DNA of 64,000 nucleotides, taken from positions 160,001-224,000 of the forward strand of contig CAVPPB010000001.1 of the NCBI GenBank assembly GCA_963707215.1, written 5' to 3'. Below, piece after piece: positions 22,502 to 33,364 of this stretch; the first letter of the stretch is position 1, and each line of letters opens with the position of its first letter. This stretch comes from an uncultured Chloroflexia bacterium. GTDB lineage: Bacteria; Chloroflexota; Limnocylindria; Limnocylindrales; CSP1-4. A model generated the notes under the pieces. It saw nothing but the letters and a program-made list of their open reading frames with translations. It had not been told where the DNA came from and ran no database searches. Made by a program: the position numbers and the translations under genes.

Positions 22502-24283
22502 ATGACCCTGAACCGGAGGCGATCGACGCTGCTCGCGCTCAGCGCGGCGACGGCGATCCTCGTAGCCGCCTGTGGCGGCGCCGCGACCCCGTCCCCGTCG
22601 ACGGCGCCCAGCGAGGCCCCAGCGTCCGAGGCGCCCGCATCCGCGGAGCCCTTCGACGCCATGGCCTACCCGCTCGAGGGCGAGGTCGACTGCGAGGGCG
22701 GGACCTTCAACGGCAACCCGTACACAGGCCAGTTCAAGAAGATCTACGCGACCGACGCGCGGACCGTGGTCTTCGAGCTCTGCACGCCGGACGTGGCGTT
22801 CCTGTCGAAGATCGCGTTCTCGGCGTTCGCGATCAACGACACCGAGTGGCTCAAGGCCAACATCGACCCGAGCGTCGAGCAGAACCAGGCCATCGTCGAG
22901 AACGTCAACGGCACCGGGCCCTTCAAGCTCAAGGAATGGAAGCGGGGCCAGGAGATCGTCATGGAGGCCAACCCCGACTACTGGGGTGACGTCGCCAAGG
23001 CCCAGACGCTGGTCTTCCGCTGGAGCGCTGAACCGGCGCAGCGGCTCACCGAGCTGCAGGCCGGGACGGTCGACGGGATCGACAACCTCGCCGCGACCGA
23101 CTTCAGCATCGTCGAGGGCGACCCGAACCTGCAGCTCGAGCCGCGGGCCGCGCTCAACGTCATGTACTTCGGCTTCAACAACAACCCCCAGAACCCGGGC
23201 TTCGACAACAGCGCGAACCCCCTGGCCAACGAGCAGGTCCGCCAGGCCATCGCCATGGGGATCGACCGCCAGCGGATCGTCGACAACTTCTACGCCCCGG
23301 GGACCGAGGTCGCGACCCACTTCACGCCGTGCGCGATCCCGAACGGCTGCGCCGGCGAGGAGTGGTACGACTTCGACCTCGACGCGGCCAAGCAGATGCT
23401 CGCCGACGCCGGCTACCCGAACGGCTTCAGCACGAAGATCCAGATCCGCGACGTCGCTCGGTCGTACGTCGCGGAGCCCGTCGCGGTGGCGACGGACCTG
23501 CAGGCCCAGCTCAAGACGCTCGGCATCACCGCCGAGATCGAGGTCCAGGAGTCGACCGCGTTCATCGACAACGCGGACGCCGGCCTGCTCGAGGGCATCC
23601 ACCTGCTCGGCTGGGGTGCCGACTACCCGGACGTCACCAACTTCCTCGACTATCACTTCGGCGCCGGCGCCTCCAAGCAGTTCGGCGACAAGTTCGACGA
23701 CATCACCTCGGCGCTCCAGGAAGGCGCCGCCGGCGCCTCGGACACCGAGCGGGAGCCGGCCTACGTCGAGGCCAACAACGCCGTCAAGCAGCATGTCCCC
23801 ATGATCCCGATCCTGCACGGCGCATCAGGGCTGGCGTACCTGGCCGATGTGGAGGATGCGCACGCATCGCCGCTCGGCAACGAGTACTTCGCCGTCATGA
23901 CACCCGGTGACCGTGACCAGTTCGTGTGGCTCCAGAATGGCGAGCCGGGCGGCCTCTACTGCGCCGACGAGTCGGACGGCGAGGCCCTCCGTGCCTGCGA
24001 GCAGATGCTCGAGTCGCTCTACTCCTACGAGATCGGCGGCACCGCCGCCGAGCCGGCGCTGGCCGAGGTCTGCGCGCCGAACGACGACCTCAGCATCTGG
24101 ACATGCACGCTCCGAGAGGGCGTCACGTTCCACGACGGAGCGACGCTCGACGCGAACGACGTCGTCCTGTCGTACGGCATCCAGTGGGACGCGGAGGATC
24201 CGCTCCACAAGGGTCGCGACGGCAGCTTCTCGTACTTCCCAGGTCTCTTCGGAGGCTTCCTGAACCCGCCGGCGGCGGAGTGA
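22502..24283 (+). CDS. Peptide/nickel-type (family 5) ABC substrate-binding lipoprotein, circularly permuted DppA-like
   Basis: GGAGGAGG SD; lipobox LVAAC; GTGPFKL, VRQAIAMGIDR; the normally N-terminal signature (TLREGVTFHDG...DVVLS) is at the C-terminus. Confidence 0.9.
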   Translation: MTLNRRRSTLLALSAATAILVAACGGAATPSPSTAPSEAPASEAPASAEPFDAMAYPLEGEVDCEGGTFNGNPYTGQFKKIYATDARTVVFELCTPDVAFLSKIAFSAFAINDTEWLKANIDPSVEQNQAIVENVNGTGPFKLKEWKRGQEIVMEANPDYWGDVAKAQTLVFRWSAEPAQRLTELQAGTVDGIDNLAATDFSIVEGDPNLQLEPRAALNVMYFGFNNNPQNPGFDNSANPLANEQVRQAIAMGIDRQRIVDNFYAPGTEVATHFTPCAIPNGCAGEEWYDFDLDAAKQMLADAGYPNGFSTKIQIRDVARSYVAEPVAVATDLQAQLKTLGITAEIEVQESTAFIDNADAGLLEGIHLLGWGADYPDVTNFLDYHFGAGASKQFGDKFDDITSALQEGAAGASDTEREPAYVEANNAVKQHVPMIPILHGASGLAYLADVEDAHASPLGNEYFAVMTPGDRDQFVWLQNGEPGGLYCADESDGEALRACEQMLESLYSYEIGGTAAEPALAEVCAPNDDLSIWTCTLREGVTFHDGATLDANDVVLSYGIQWDAEDPLHKGRDGSFSYFPGLFGGFLNPPAAE

Positions 24284-24315
24284 CGGGAGTCCGACCTGAC
24301 CTGACCTGAGACCTC

Positions 24316-24347
24316 GCAGGGGGGCGCCGTCCGCGGCGCCCCCCTGC
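24316..24347 (+). terminator. 14-bp GC hairpin after the SBP gene (terminator or mRNA stabiliser)
   Basis: GCAGGGGGGCGCCG-tccg-CGGCGCCCCCCTGC. Confidence 0.65.
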
Positions 24348-24386
24348 TGCATACCCTGAGCCCACTTCGGAGTCGCCGACCGGCCG

Positions 24387-25463
24387 ATGGCCCGCTACAT
24401 CATCCGCCGCCTGCTCTCCAGCATCCCGGTCATCTTCGGGGTGATCTTCCTCGTGTTCATCCTCGCCCGAGTCATCCCGGGCGATCCATGCGTGGCCACG
24501 TATGGCGAGAAGGCGACCGAGGAGGTCTGTGACGCGTTCAATGCTCGCTACGGGCTCGATCTGCCGATCTGGCAGCAGTTCCTCATCTACCTCGGCGCCC
24601 TGCTCCAGGGCGACCTCGGGACCTCGATCCGCTTCGGGCGGCCGGTGTCGGAGATCCTCATCGAGCGGCTGCCGATCACTGTCCAGCTCACGATGTTCGC
24701 GCTGTTCTTCGCCAGCATCGTCGGGATACTGCTCGGGCTTGCGTCGGCCACCAGGCGGAACTCACCGGCCGATGTCGGGACGATGGTGGTCGCCAACCTC
24801 GGTGTCTCGACCCCGGTCTTCGTCCTCGGGCTCGTCCTTCAGATCATCTTCGCCGTCTGGCTCGCCGGGACGTTCCTCGCTTTGCCGCCATCCGGCGTCT
24901 TGACGCCGGGCACCGAAGTCGTGCCGATCTACGCGGCGTGGGGCTTCCCCGACTACGACGGGTTCCTGAAACCGCTCCTCGACTTCGTGTCCAACATGTA
25001 CATCTTCAACGGCATCCTGACGCTGAACTGGGACCTCTTCTCGGACGCGGTCGCGCACATCATCCTTCCCGCCATCGCGGTCGGGACGATCCCCCTCGCG
25101 ATCATCGCCCGGATGACCCGCTCGAGCCTGCTCGAGGTCCTCGGCCTGGACTTCATCCGGACCGCCCGGGCGAAGGGGCTGCGCGAGCGGCTCGTCGTCG
25201 TCCGTCACGGGATGCGGAACGCCCTGCTCCCGGTCGTCACGGTCATCGGGCTGTCGGTCGCCGGCTTCCTGTCCGGTGCCGTGCTCACCGAGACGATCTT
25301 CAACCTGCCCGGGGTCGGGAAGACCCTCTTCGAGGCCATCCAGGGTCGCGACTACATCGTTGTCCAGGGGATGACCATCGTCGTGGCGATCGGCTACATC
25401 CTCGTCAACCTCATCGTGGACGTCAGCTACGCGTTCCTCGACCCACGGATCCGGCTGGGCTGA
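24387..25463 (+). CDS. DppB/OppB-type ABC permease
   Basis: YIIRRLL, GDLGTS, RTARAKGL (EAA), ETIFNLPG, DPRIR. Confidence 0.92.
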   Translation: MARYIIRRLLSSIPVIFGVIFLVFILARVIPGDPCVATYGEKATEEVCDAFNARYGLDLPIWQQFLIYLGALLQGDLGTSIRFGRPVSEILIERLPITVQLTMFALFFASIVGILLGLASATRRNSPADVGTMVVANLGVSTPVFVLGLVLQIIFAVWLAGTFLALPPSGVLTPGTEVVPIYAAWGFPDYDGFLKPLLDFVSNMYIFNGILTLNWDLFSDAVAHIILPAIAVGTIPLAIIARMTRSSLLEVLGLDFIRTARAKGLRERLVVVRHGMRNALLPVVTVIGLSVAGFLSGAVLTETIFNLPGVGKTLFEAIQGRDYIVVQGMTIVVAIGYILVNLIVDVSYAFLDPRIRLG

Positions 25464-25466
25464 GCC

Positions 25467-26453
25467 ATGGGCATGGACACGATCACCGCGGAGGATCGAC
25501 TGGACCCGCTGGGCAGCGGCGCGGGTGGCGACGTCATCTCGGCCAAGCCGGCGTCGCTCTGGAAGGACACCGTCCGCAACATCCTCCGCCAGCGCTCGGC
25601 GATCGTCGGGCTGACGATCCTCATCGCCTTCACGCTCGTCGCCATCTTCGCCGAGCAGATCGCGCCGTTCGACCCGGACACTCCGGTGATCGATCCGCCC
25701 TACAACGAGGACGTCAGCCGCCAGGACCTGATCTACCTCCAGCCGTGCATCCACCTGCTCGGTTGCCCCGAGACCCAGCCGCAGCACATCATGGGGCTGG
25801 ACGGGAACCTCCGCGACGAGTTCAGCCGGGTCGTCTTCGGCGCCAGGGTGTCGCTCTGGATCGGCTTCGCGACGGTCGGCTTCGCCATCGTCATCGGGAC
25901 CTTCCTGGGGGCCGTGGCCGGCTACGCCGGCGGATTCAGCGACAACTTCCTCATGCGGATCATGGACGTCGTCCTGAGCTTCCCGAGCCTGCTGCTGGCG
26001 ATCGTCATCGTCACCGTGCTGGGGCCCGGGCTCATCAACGCCCAGCTGGCCATCGGCATCGTCGCCATACCCATCTACGCCCGGGTCATGCGTGCCTCGG
26101 TCCTCTCGATCCGCGAGCAGGACTACGTGACAGCGTCACGGGCGCTGGGTGCCGCCGGCGGCTGGATCCTGTTCCGGCGGATCCTGCCGAATGCGATGAC
26201 GCCGCTGGTCGTCCAGGCGACGCTCGGGATCGGCGGGGCGATCCTAGAGGTCGCGGCGCTCTCGTTCGTCGGTCTCGGCGCCCAGCCGCCCCTCGCCGAG
26301 TGGGGCTCGATGATCGCCGTGTCTCGAGGGTTCCTGACCACGGTGCCGACCCTCATCCTGTTCCCCGGCATCGCGATCACCCTGACCGTCCTCGGCTTCA
26401 ACCTGCTCGGCGACGGCATGCGCGATGCCCTCGACCCGCGACTCAACCGCTGA
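25467..26453 (+). CDS. DppC/OppC-type ABC permease
   Basis: SRVVFGARVSL, ILPN, LSFVGLG, EWGSMI, GDGMRDALDPR. Confidence 0.92.
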   Translation: MGMDTITAEDRLDPLGSGAGGDVISAKPASLWKDTVRNILRQRSAIVGLTILIAFTLVAIFAEQIAPFDPDTPVIDPPYNEDVSRQDLIYLQPCIHLLGCPETQPQHIMGLDGNLRDEFSRVVFGARVSLWIGFATVGFAIVIGTFLGAVAGYAGGFSDNFLMRIMDVVLSFPSLLLAIVIVTVLGPGLINAQLAIGIVAIPIYARVMRASVLSIREQDYVTASRALGAAGGWILFRRILPNAMTPLVVQATLGIGGAILEVAALSFVGLGAQPPLAEWGSMIAVSRGFLTTVPTLILFPGIAITLTVLGFNLLGDGMRDALDPRLNR

Positions 26454-26457
26454 CCCG

Positions 26458-27648
26458 ATGACCGAGCCGACCACCACCATCGAGGAGCTCGTCCGGCCGA
26501 CGACCCCCCGGCAGCATCCGCCGCGGGGCGACAAGCCGCTCCTCGTCGTCGAGGACCTCCACACGTCGTTCCACACCCGCGACGGTGTCGTCCGGGCCGT
26601 CGACGGGATCTCGTTCAGCGTCGACCGAGGCGAGGTCGTCGGGCTCGTCGGCGAGTCGGGCTGCGGCAAGAGCGTGACCTCGCTCTCGATCCTGCGCCTC
26701 ATCGCCAAGCCCGGCCGAATCGAGGGCGGACGGGTCTGGTTCGACGGGCGCGACCTGCTGGCGCTGTCGGGCGACGAGATCCGCAAGATCCGGGGCGACC
26801 GGATCAGCATGATCTTCCAGCAGCCGACCTCGGCCCTGAACCCGGTCTGGGACGTCGGGCGCCAGCTCGGCGAGACCCTCGAGCTGCACCGCAACATGAA
26901 GCGCAAGGCGGCCCGCGACCGGGCGCTCGAGCTGCTCCAGATGGTCGGCATCTCCGACCCGGAGCGGCGGCTCAAGGCCTACCCGCACGAGCTGTCGGGG
27001 GGCATGGCCCAGCGGGTCATGATCGCGATGGCCCTCGCCTGTGAGCCCGACCTGCTCATCGCGGACGAGCCCACGACGGCGCTCGATGTCACGATCCAGG
27101 CCCAGATCCTCGACCTGATGCGCCAGCTCCGCCAGGAGACCGGCACGGCGATCATCCTCATCACCCACGACCTCGGCGTCGTCGCCGAGATGTGCGACCG
27201 GGTCGCGGTGATGTACGCCGGCGAGATCGTCGAGCAGACCGACGTGCGGACGCTCTTCCGCGAGCCGTCGCACCCGTACACCCGGGGCCTGATCGGCTCG
27301 ATCCCGGTGATGGGCGAGATCCGCGACGAGCTGGCGGTCATCCCGGGCAACGTCCCCAACCTCATCGACCTGCCGCCAGCCTGCCGGTTCGCACCGCGCT
27401 GCGCGGCCCGGGTCGAGCACGAGCTGACGATCTGCGACGAGCGCCACCCGGAGCTGCACCCGTACGGGGAGGGTGAGCACGACGTCCGCTGCTGGCTCTA
27501 CCACGCCGTGGATGGGGCCCCGCTGCCACGACCCGAGATGACCAGCGTGCCCATCCCCGAGCGCCAAGCCGACCCGGCGGTCCGGGGCACCGTCGCGGGC
27601 CCCAGCCCGGTCGTCAGCCCGCCCGGATCCCCGGAGATCCGACCGTGA
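26458..27648 (+). CDS. DppD/OppD-type ABC ATPase
   Basis: [26 protein letters not shown], oligo_HPY tail CRFAPRC. Confidence 0.93.
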   Translation: MTEPTTTIEELVRPTTPRQHPPRGDKPLLVVEDLHTSFHTRDGVVRAVDGISFSVDRGEVVGLVGESGCGKSVTSLSILRLIAKPGRIEGGRVWFDGRDLLALSGDEIRKIRGDRISMIFQQPTSALNPVWDVGRQLGETLELHRNMKRKAARDRALELLQMVGISDPERRLKAYPHELSGGMAQRVMIAMALACEPDLLIADEPTTALDVTIQAQILDLMRQLRQETGTAIILITHDLGVVAEMCDRVAVMYAGEIVEQTDVRTLFREPSHPYTRGLIGSIPVMGEIRDELAVIPGNVPNLIDLPPACRFAPRCAARVEHELTICDERHPELHPYGEGEHDVRCWLYHAVDGAPLPRPEMTSVPIPERQADPAVRGTVAGPSPVVSPPGSPEIRP

Positions 27649-28673
27649 CCGCGGCGACCGCCGACCGCGCGCCTCGGGCGAACGGCGCCGCCGGGAGCCC
27701 GCTGGTCGAGGTGGACGGGCTGGTCAAGCACTTCCCCATCAAGGGCGGGATCCTCCAGCGGCAGGTCGCCTCGGTCCAGGCCGTCGACGACGTCAGCTTC
27801 ACCATCGCCCGCGGCGAGACCCTCGGCCTGGTCGGCGAATCCGGCTGCGGCAAGACCACCGTGGGTCGGCTGCTGCTCCGGCTCCTCGACCCGACCGGCG
27901 GGACGATCCGCTTCGACGGCCAGGACATCACCCGGCTCAAAGGGAAGGCGCTGAAGCCCTACCGGCGCCGGATGCAGCTGATCTTCCAGGATCCCTACTC
28001 GTCGCTTGACCCGCGATCACCGATCGGCGACTCCATCGGCGAGGGCCTGCGGATCCACGCCATGGGCAACGCGCAGGAGCGAGCGGACCGGGTCAAGCGG
28101 ATGATGGACATGGTGGGGCTCCAGTCGTACCACGCCCGCCGCTACCCCCATGAGTTCTCCGGCGGCCAGCGGCAGCGGATCGGCATCGCCCGGGCCCTGG
28201 TCCTCGAGCCCGACCTGGTCGTCTGCGACGAGCCGGTCTCGGCCCTCGATGTCTCGATCCAGGCCCAGGTCCTCAACCTGCTCAAGTCACTGCAGCGCGA
28301 GCTCGGCCTGACCTACGTCTTCATCGCCCACAACATGGGCGTCGTCGAGCACATCAGCGACCGGGTCGCCGTCATGTACCTGGGACGGATCGCCGAGGTC
28401 GCCGGCCGAGAGCGGATCTTCGAGCAGCCGGAGCACCCGTACACCCAGGCGTTGCTGTCGGCGATCCCGATCCCCGATCCGGAGCTGCCCCGCGAGCGGG
28501 TCATCCTGCGAGGCGACGTGCCGTCACCGGTCAACCCGCCGAGCGGCTGCCGGTTCAACCCGCGCTGTCCCCTTCGGGCCGAGATGGACATGCCGGTCCG
28601 CTGTGTCGAGGAGGTCCCCGACCTCCACGACGGCGTCGACGGGCATCTGGTGGCCTGCCACTTCAGACCCTGA
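27645..28673 (+). CDS. DppF/OppF-type ABC ATPase
   Basis: [39 protein letters not shown]. Confidence 0.93.
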   Translation: MTAATADRAPRANGAAGSPLVEVDGLVKHFPIKGGILQRQVASVQAVDDVSFTIARGETLGLVGESGCGKTTVGRLLLRLLDPTGGTIRFDGQDITRLKGKALKPYRRRMQLIFQDPYSSLDPRSPIGDSIGEGLRIHAMGNAQERADRVKRMMDMVGLQSYHARRYPHEFSGGQRQRIGIARALVLEPDLVVCDEPVSALDVSIQAQVLNLLKSLQRELGLTYVFIAHNMGVVEHISDRVAVMYLGRIAEVAGRERIFEQPEHPYTQALLSAIPIPDPELPRERVILRGDVPSPVNPPSGCRFNPRCPLRAEMDMPVRCVEEVPDLHDGVDGHLVACHFRP

Positions 28674-28702
28674 TCCGGGTCGGCTCGGCCGAACGGTCGG
28701 CC

Positions 28703-30025
28703 CTAGAAGGGCGGGCGCTCCGGCTCCTGCTCCGTCACCGTCGGCACATCGGCCGTCACGCCGGGCGTCTCCGCGTGCTGGGCGTCACCGGTGGGGGCGA
28801 CCACGTGTGGGCCCCCTCCGACCTGGCCGAGCCCCGCGGTCGATGCGTCGTTCGGCTGCGGGCCCGTCGGTGGGACCGCAGGGTGATCGGCCGCGCGCGG
28901 TTGGAGGAGCGGCGGAGGGGGCGCCTCACGGGCGACCGCTTGTCCGACCACGTCGTCGGGTAGCTCCTCGGACCAGTGGCATGCCGCCATGTGGCCTCCG
29001 CCCATGTCACGGAAGACCGGGATCTCGGTCTCGCAGTTCTCCGGGTCGCCGAGGCGTTCGCGGAGCCAGCAGCGAGTGTGGAAGCGGCAGCCGGACGGCG
29101 GCGCGGCCGGCGAGGGCACGTCTCCGGTGAGGACGATGCGCTTCTTGCGGACCCGCGGATCGGGGTCCGGGACGGCCGACAGCAGGGCGACGGAGTACGG
29201 ATGCCGCGGCCGGGTGTAGAGGTCGTGGACCTCGGCCGTCTCGACGATCCGACCCAGGTACATCACCCCGACCCGGTCGCTGATGTACTGGACGACGGAG
29301 AGATTGTGGGCGATGAACAGGTAGGTGAGGTTGAACTCGCGCCGCAGGTCCAGGAGCAGGTTGAGGATCTGGCTCTGGATCGACACGTCGAGGGCCGAGA
29401 CCGGCTCGTCGCAGACGACGAACTCCGGGTCGAGCGCCAGGGCCCGGGCGATGCCGATCCGCTGGCGTTGCCCGCCCGAGAACTCGTGCGGGTAGCGACG
29501 CGTGTAGTCGCGCCGCAGCCCGACCGCCTCCAGGTAGTCCTCGACCCGCTTGTCGCGGACCTTGCGGTCGGCCCACCGGTTCTCCCGCGTCGCCTGGGCG
29601 ACGAGGCCCTCGCCGATGATGTCCGAGATCGGCATCCTCGGGTTCAGCGAACCGACGGGATCCTGGAAGATGATCTGCATCCGCCGGCGCAGGCGCTTGA
29701 GGTCCTCGCCGGTCTTGTCGAAGATCTCCTCGCCCGAGATCGTCGCCCGGCCCTCCGTCTGGGGCTGCAGGCGGATGAGCGTCTTGCCGAGCGTGGACTT
29801 GCCGCAGCCGGACTCTCCGACGAGGCCGAAGACCTCGCCCCGCCGGACCTCGAACGAGACGTCGTCGACGGCCTTGACGTCACCGACATGGCGGCGCAGG
29901 AAGCCGCCGTAGATCGGGTAGTACTTCTTGAGGCCCTCGACGCTGATGAGCGTCTCGGCGCCGTTGCCGGTCGCCGACCCCTGATCCGCGACGTCGACCC
30001 GGGCCGTCGAGGGTTGCTCGCTCAT
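28703..30025 (-). CDS. OppF-type ABC ATPase (operon 2) with a long low-complexity C-tail
   Basis: [23 protein letters not shown]. Confidence 0.92.
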   Translation of the reverse strand: MSEQPSTARVDVADQGSATGNGAETLISVEGLKKYYPIYGGFLRRHVGDVKAVDDVSFEVRRGEVFGLVGESGCGKSTLGKTLIRLQPQTEGRATISGEEIFDKTGEDLKRLRRRMQIIFQDPVGSLNPRMPISDIIGEGLVAQATRENRWADRKVRDKRVEDYLEAVGLRRDYTRRYPHEFSGGQRQRIGIARALALDPEFVVCDEPVSALDVSIQSQILNLLLDLRREFNLTYLFIAHNLSVVQYISDRVGVMYLGRIVETAEVHDLYTRPRHPYSVALLSAVPDPDPRVRKKRIVLTGDVPSPAAPPSGCRFHTRCWLRERLGDPENCETEIPVFRDMGGGHMAACHWSEELPDDVVGQAVAREAPPPPLLQPRAADHPAVPPTGPQPNDASTAGLGQVGGGPHVVAPTGDAQHAETPGVTADVPTVTEQEPERPPF

Positions 30026-31149
30026 GCCCGAACCTCCGCGCCACGAGGACGCACCCTCGGCGGCGTGGCCCCGCCGGGCGCCCGCGTGTACAGCCAGCAG
30101 GCGACGTCCTGCGGGTCGGCCTCCTCGATCCGCGGATCGTGGTCGGCGCAGGCCTCGAACGCGTAGGGGCAGCGGGGGGCGAAGTTGCAGCCCGTGGGCA
30201 TGTTGAACGGGTTGGGGACCGTCCCGGTGATGACGTTGAGGCGCTGGCCCTTCATGCCCCGGGATGGGATGGAGGTGAGCAGCCCCTCGGTGTACGGGTG
30301 CTTCGGCGAGAGCAGGACATCGTCGACGGTCCCGGTCTCGACGATCCGCCCCGCGTACATCACGACGACATCGTGGACGGTCTCGGCGACGACCCCTAGG
30401 TCGTGGGTGATCAGCATCAGCGCCGCGCCCGTGCGGTCCTGGACCTCGCGGATCAGCTCGAGGATCTGGGCCTGGATGGTGACGTCGAGGGCCGTCGTCG
30501 GCTCGTCGGCGATGATCAGCTTGGGATCGCAGGAGAGCGCCATGGCGATCATGACCCGCTGGCGCATGCCGCCCGACAGCTCGTGCGGGTACTGCTTGAC
30601 GCGGCGCTCCGGGTTGTTGATGCCCACCGCCCGGATCGACTCGATGGCCTTGTCCCAGCCGTCCTTCTTCGACAGGCCCTGGTGGAGCATGACCGCCTCG
30701 GCGATCTGGTTGCCGACGGTGAAGACCGGGTTCAGGCTGGTCATCGGCTCCTGGAAGATCATCGCGATCTCGTTGCCCCGGACGGCCCGCATCTGGTCGT
30801 TGCCCAGCGTCAGCAGGTCGCGACCCTCGAAGATGATCCGGCTCGACGGGGCGTCCCCAAGCAACTCCTTGACGTCGTCGGGCAGGTCCGACTGGTTGGC
30901 GTCGGTCGGGATCCAGGTGGGCGGCGTGTCGTGGAGCCGCATGACCGACAGGGCGGTCACGCTCTTGCCGCAGCCGGACTCGCCGACGATGCCGAGCGTC
31001 TCGCCCCGGTTGATCGAGAAGGACACGCCGTCGACGGCGCGGACCACGCCGTCCATGACCTTGAAGTAGGTCCGCAGGTCACGGACCTCGAGGAGCGCCT
31101 CGGGAGACGAGGCAGGGGCCGCCTGGGCGGCCACGACTGGAGCCGTCAC
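30022..31149 (-). CDS. OppD-type ABC ATPase (operon 2)
   Basis: [33 protein letters not shown]. Confidence 0.93.
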   Translation of the reverse strand: MTAPVVAAQAAPASSPEALLEVRDLRTYFKVMDGVVRAVDGVSFSINRGETLGIVGESGCGKSVTALSVMRLHDTPPTWIPTDANQSDLPDDVKELLGDAPSSRIIFEGRDLLTLGNDQMRAVRGNEIAMIFQEPMTSLNPVFTVGNQIAEAVMLHQGLSKKDGWDKAIESIRAVGINNPERRVKQYPHELSGGMRQRVMIAMALSCDPKLIIADEPTTALDVTIQAQILELIREVQDRTGAALMLITHDLGVVAETVHDVVVMYAGRIVETGTVDDVLLSPKHPYTEGLLTSIPSRGMKGQRLNVITGTVPNPFNMPTGCNFAPRCPYAFEACADHDPRIEEADPQDVACWLYTRAPGGATPPRVRPRGAEVRA

Positions 31150-31153
31150 GCGG

Positions 31154-32089
31154 TCACTCCCTGGATCGCGGGTCGAGGGCGTCGCGAAGCCCGTCGCCGA
31201 TGAAGTTGATGGCGATGACCGTCAGCGCGATGGCCATGCCCGGGAAGAACGGCCACCACCAGTTGCCGACGGCGATCGTCTGCTGGCTCCGGGCCAGGGC
31301 GTTCCCCCAGCTGATGTCCTGGGCCTTGAGGCCGAAGTTCAGGAACGAGACGAACGCCTCAAGGATGATCGCGTTGGCCACGAGCAGCGTCGCCGACACG
31401 ACGATCGGCCCGATCGCATTCGGCAGGATGTGGCGGAAGGCGATCCGGACGTTGCCGACGCCGACCGCCTTGGCGGCCTGGACGAACTCCTGCTCACGGA
31501 GCGACAGGTAGAGGGCCCGTACGAGCCGGGCCAGCCCTGGCCACGAGAGGAGACCGAAGATCAGGATCAGCGGGAGGAGCTCGCCGGCCCCGAAGAAGCG
31601 GGCCGCCACCAGCACGATGAAGAGGAACGGGATCGTCAGCATCAGGTCGACGAAGCGCATCAGGAACCCGTCCACGCGGCCCCCGAAGAAGCCGGCCGCG
31701 GCGCCCACGCTGACCCCGATCGTCACCGCGATCGCCATCGTCGACATCCCGATGATGAGCGACAGGCGCGCCCCGTTGGAGACGAGCGACCAGACGCTCC
31801 GGCCGGCCCCGTCGGAGCCCATCGGCGGCAACTCGACCGGGCTGAAGCCCTGCGGACCGGGCAGGTCGGAGCGGAGGCTCAACGGATCGTAGGGCCAGAA
31901 GATCGGGCCGAAGATCGCCAGGAAGACCATCACCGAGAAGATGAACAACCCGACCATCGCCATCTTGTGACGGCGGAATCGGCGCCACGCCAGCTGCCAC
32001 TGGTTGAGCGACTCGAGGGCGACCTCGTAGTCGGCGGAGCCCGGGTCCGGGGTCGTGGCGGGTCGTGCCGGGAGGGTGCTTTCGCTCAT
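31154..32089 (-). CDS. OppC-type ABC permease (operon 2)
   Basis: [33 protein letters not shown]. Confidence 0.92.
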   Translation of the reverse strand: MSESTLPARPATTPDPGSADYEVALESLNQWQLAWRRFRRHKMAMVGLFIFSVMVFLAIFGPIFWPYDPLSLRSDLPGPQGFSPVELPPMGSDGAGRSVWSLVSNGARLSLIIGMSTMAIAVTIGVSVGAAAGFFGGRVDGFLMRFVDLMLTIPFLFIVLVAARFFGAGELLPLILIFGLLSWPGLARLVRALYLSLREQEFVQAAKAVGVGNVRIAFRHILPNAIGPIVVSATLLVANAIILEAFVSFLNFGLKAQDISWGNALARSQQTIAVGNWWWPFFPGMAIALTVIAINFIGDGLRDALDPRSRE

Positions 32090-32092
32090 CGG

Positions 32093-33205
32093 TCAGTCGT
32101 ACCTGATCCGTGGGTCGACCACGGCGTAGAGGACGTCCGCCAGCAGGTTGGCCAGCAGGACGATCATGGAGGTCACCAGGAGGAGGCCCATCAGGACGAA
32201 GTAGTCGCGGGCGCCGACCGAGTCGATGAACAGGCGTCCCATCCCGGGCCAGGTGAAGATCGTCTCGGTCACGATGGCCCCCGAGAACAGGAAGGGGATC
32301 TCGAGGGCGACGTTGGTGACGACGGGCAGCATCGCGTTGCGGAAGGCGTGCTTGCCGATGACCACCCGCGAGGCGAGGCCCTTGGCCTTGGCGGTCCGGA
32401 CGTAGTCCTGGCCCAGGGACTCGAGCATCGAGGCCCGGACGAAGCGGCTGTCGGCGGCGATGTTGACCGCGACCAGCGTCACGACCGGCAGGATGAGGTG
32501 CCGACCGATATCGGCCACGGCAGCGAGCGGGTCCTGGCCGAACGCCTCCCAGTACTGGGGCGTGTTGAACGGCGGCCAGTCCCGGGTCGTGATGATCCCG
32601 CCGGTCGGTACCAACCCCAGGGCGACGCCGAAGATGAAGATGAGCATCAGGCCGAGCCAGAACGTCGGCAGGGAGTAGAAGACGTAGGCCAGGAACGTCA
32701 TCCCCTGGTCGAAGAGCGAGTAGCGGTGGACCGCCGCATAGGTCCCGATCAGGATGGCCACGCCAACCCACAGGACGAGGGCGACGCTGGTCAGGATGAG
32801 GGTCGCCGGGATGCGTTCGCTGATCAGCTCGGTGACCGGCCGGCCGGCCTTGATCGAGAGGCCGAGGTCGCCGTGGACGATGCCGTTGTCACCGCCGCCC
32901 AGGAAGCCAGGCAGGACGTTGAGCCCACCCTGCTCGGAGATGAAGGCCTCCAGCCCGTCGTTCTCGCAGTTGAGGACGCCGAGCCAGCCACCGAACTCGA
33001 TGACGACGTTGACCGGCGTGACCTCTCCCTGGAGGCACCACCTGGCCAACCACTTGTCGCGATCCTCTTCGGTGATGCTCTTGATCCCGGCGAGGGCCGC
33101 CTGCGGCCCGCCGGGCGCGGCCCGCATCAGCAGGAAGCTGATGATGACGACGCCGAACAGGAGCGGGATCAGGCCGATGATCCGACGGAAGATGAACTTC
33201 GTCAT
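32093..33205 (-). CDS. OppB-type ABC permease (operon 2)
   Basis: FIFRRI, DYVRTAKAKGL, ETIFTWPGMG, DPRIRY. Confidence 0.92.
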   Translation of the reverse strand: MTKFIFRRIIGLIPLLFGVVIISFLLMRAAPGGPQAALAGIKSITEEDRDKWLARWCLQGEVTPVNVVIEFGGWLGVLNCENDGLEAFISEQGGLNVLPGFLGGGDNGIVHGDLGLSIKAGRPVTELISERIPATLILTSVALVLWVGVAILIGTYAAVHRYSLFDQGMTFLAYVFYSLPTFWLGLMLIFIFGVALGLVPTGGIITTRDWPPFNTPQYWEAFGQDPLAAVADIGRHLILPVVTLVAVNIAADSRFVRASMLESLGQDYVRTAKAKGLASRVVIGKHAFRNAMLPVVTNVALEIPFLFSGAIVTETIFTWPGMGRLFIDSVGARDYFVLMGLLLVTSMIVLLANLLADVLYAVVDPRIRYD

Positions 33206-33301
33206 GGGACCCGACTGCCTCTGGGGCCTCCGCGAGCGTGGGTGCTAGAGCATGGGGACGCGCTCGGGGCCTTCTCGGCCGGCCGGCGGGTCCGGGTGGC
33301 G

Positions 33302-33307
33302 AGTATA
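33302..33307 (-). promoter_or_regulatory. Internal -10 TATACT upstream of the permease genes of operon 2
   Basis: gcTATACTc, the same context as at purA and ftsZ. Confidence 0.55.
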
Positions 33308-33311
33308 GCGA

Positions 33312-33342
33312 GGGCGGCGGCCCGGTGACCGGGCCGCCGCCC
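33312..33342 (-). terminator. 14-bp GC hairpin after the SBP gene of operon 2
   Basis: GGGCGGCGGCCCGG-nnn-CCGGGCCGCCGCCC. Confidence 0.65.
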
Positions 33343-33364
33343 CGTGTCGATCGCTGGTCCTACC

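Noticed and set aside
22575-22655. Short imperfect repeats (SEAPA-SEAPA; similar at ~35090-35160)
   Set aside because: Low-complexity lipoprotein tethers, not CRISPR or VNTR.
26425-31149. Repeated DNA among the four ABC ATPase genes
   Set aside because: Ordinary paralogous Walker A/B and signature coding similarity, not a repeat element.
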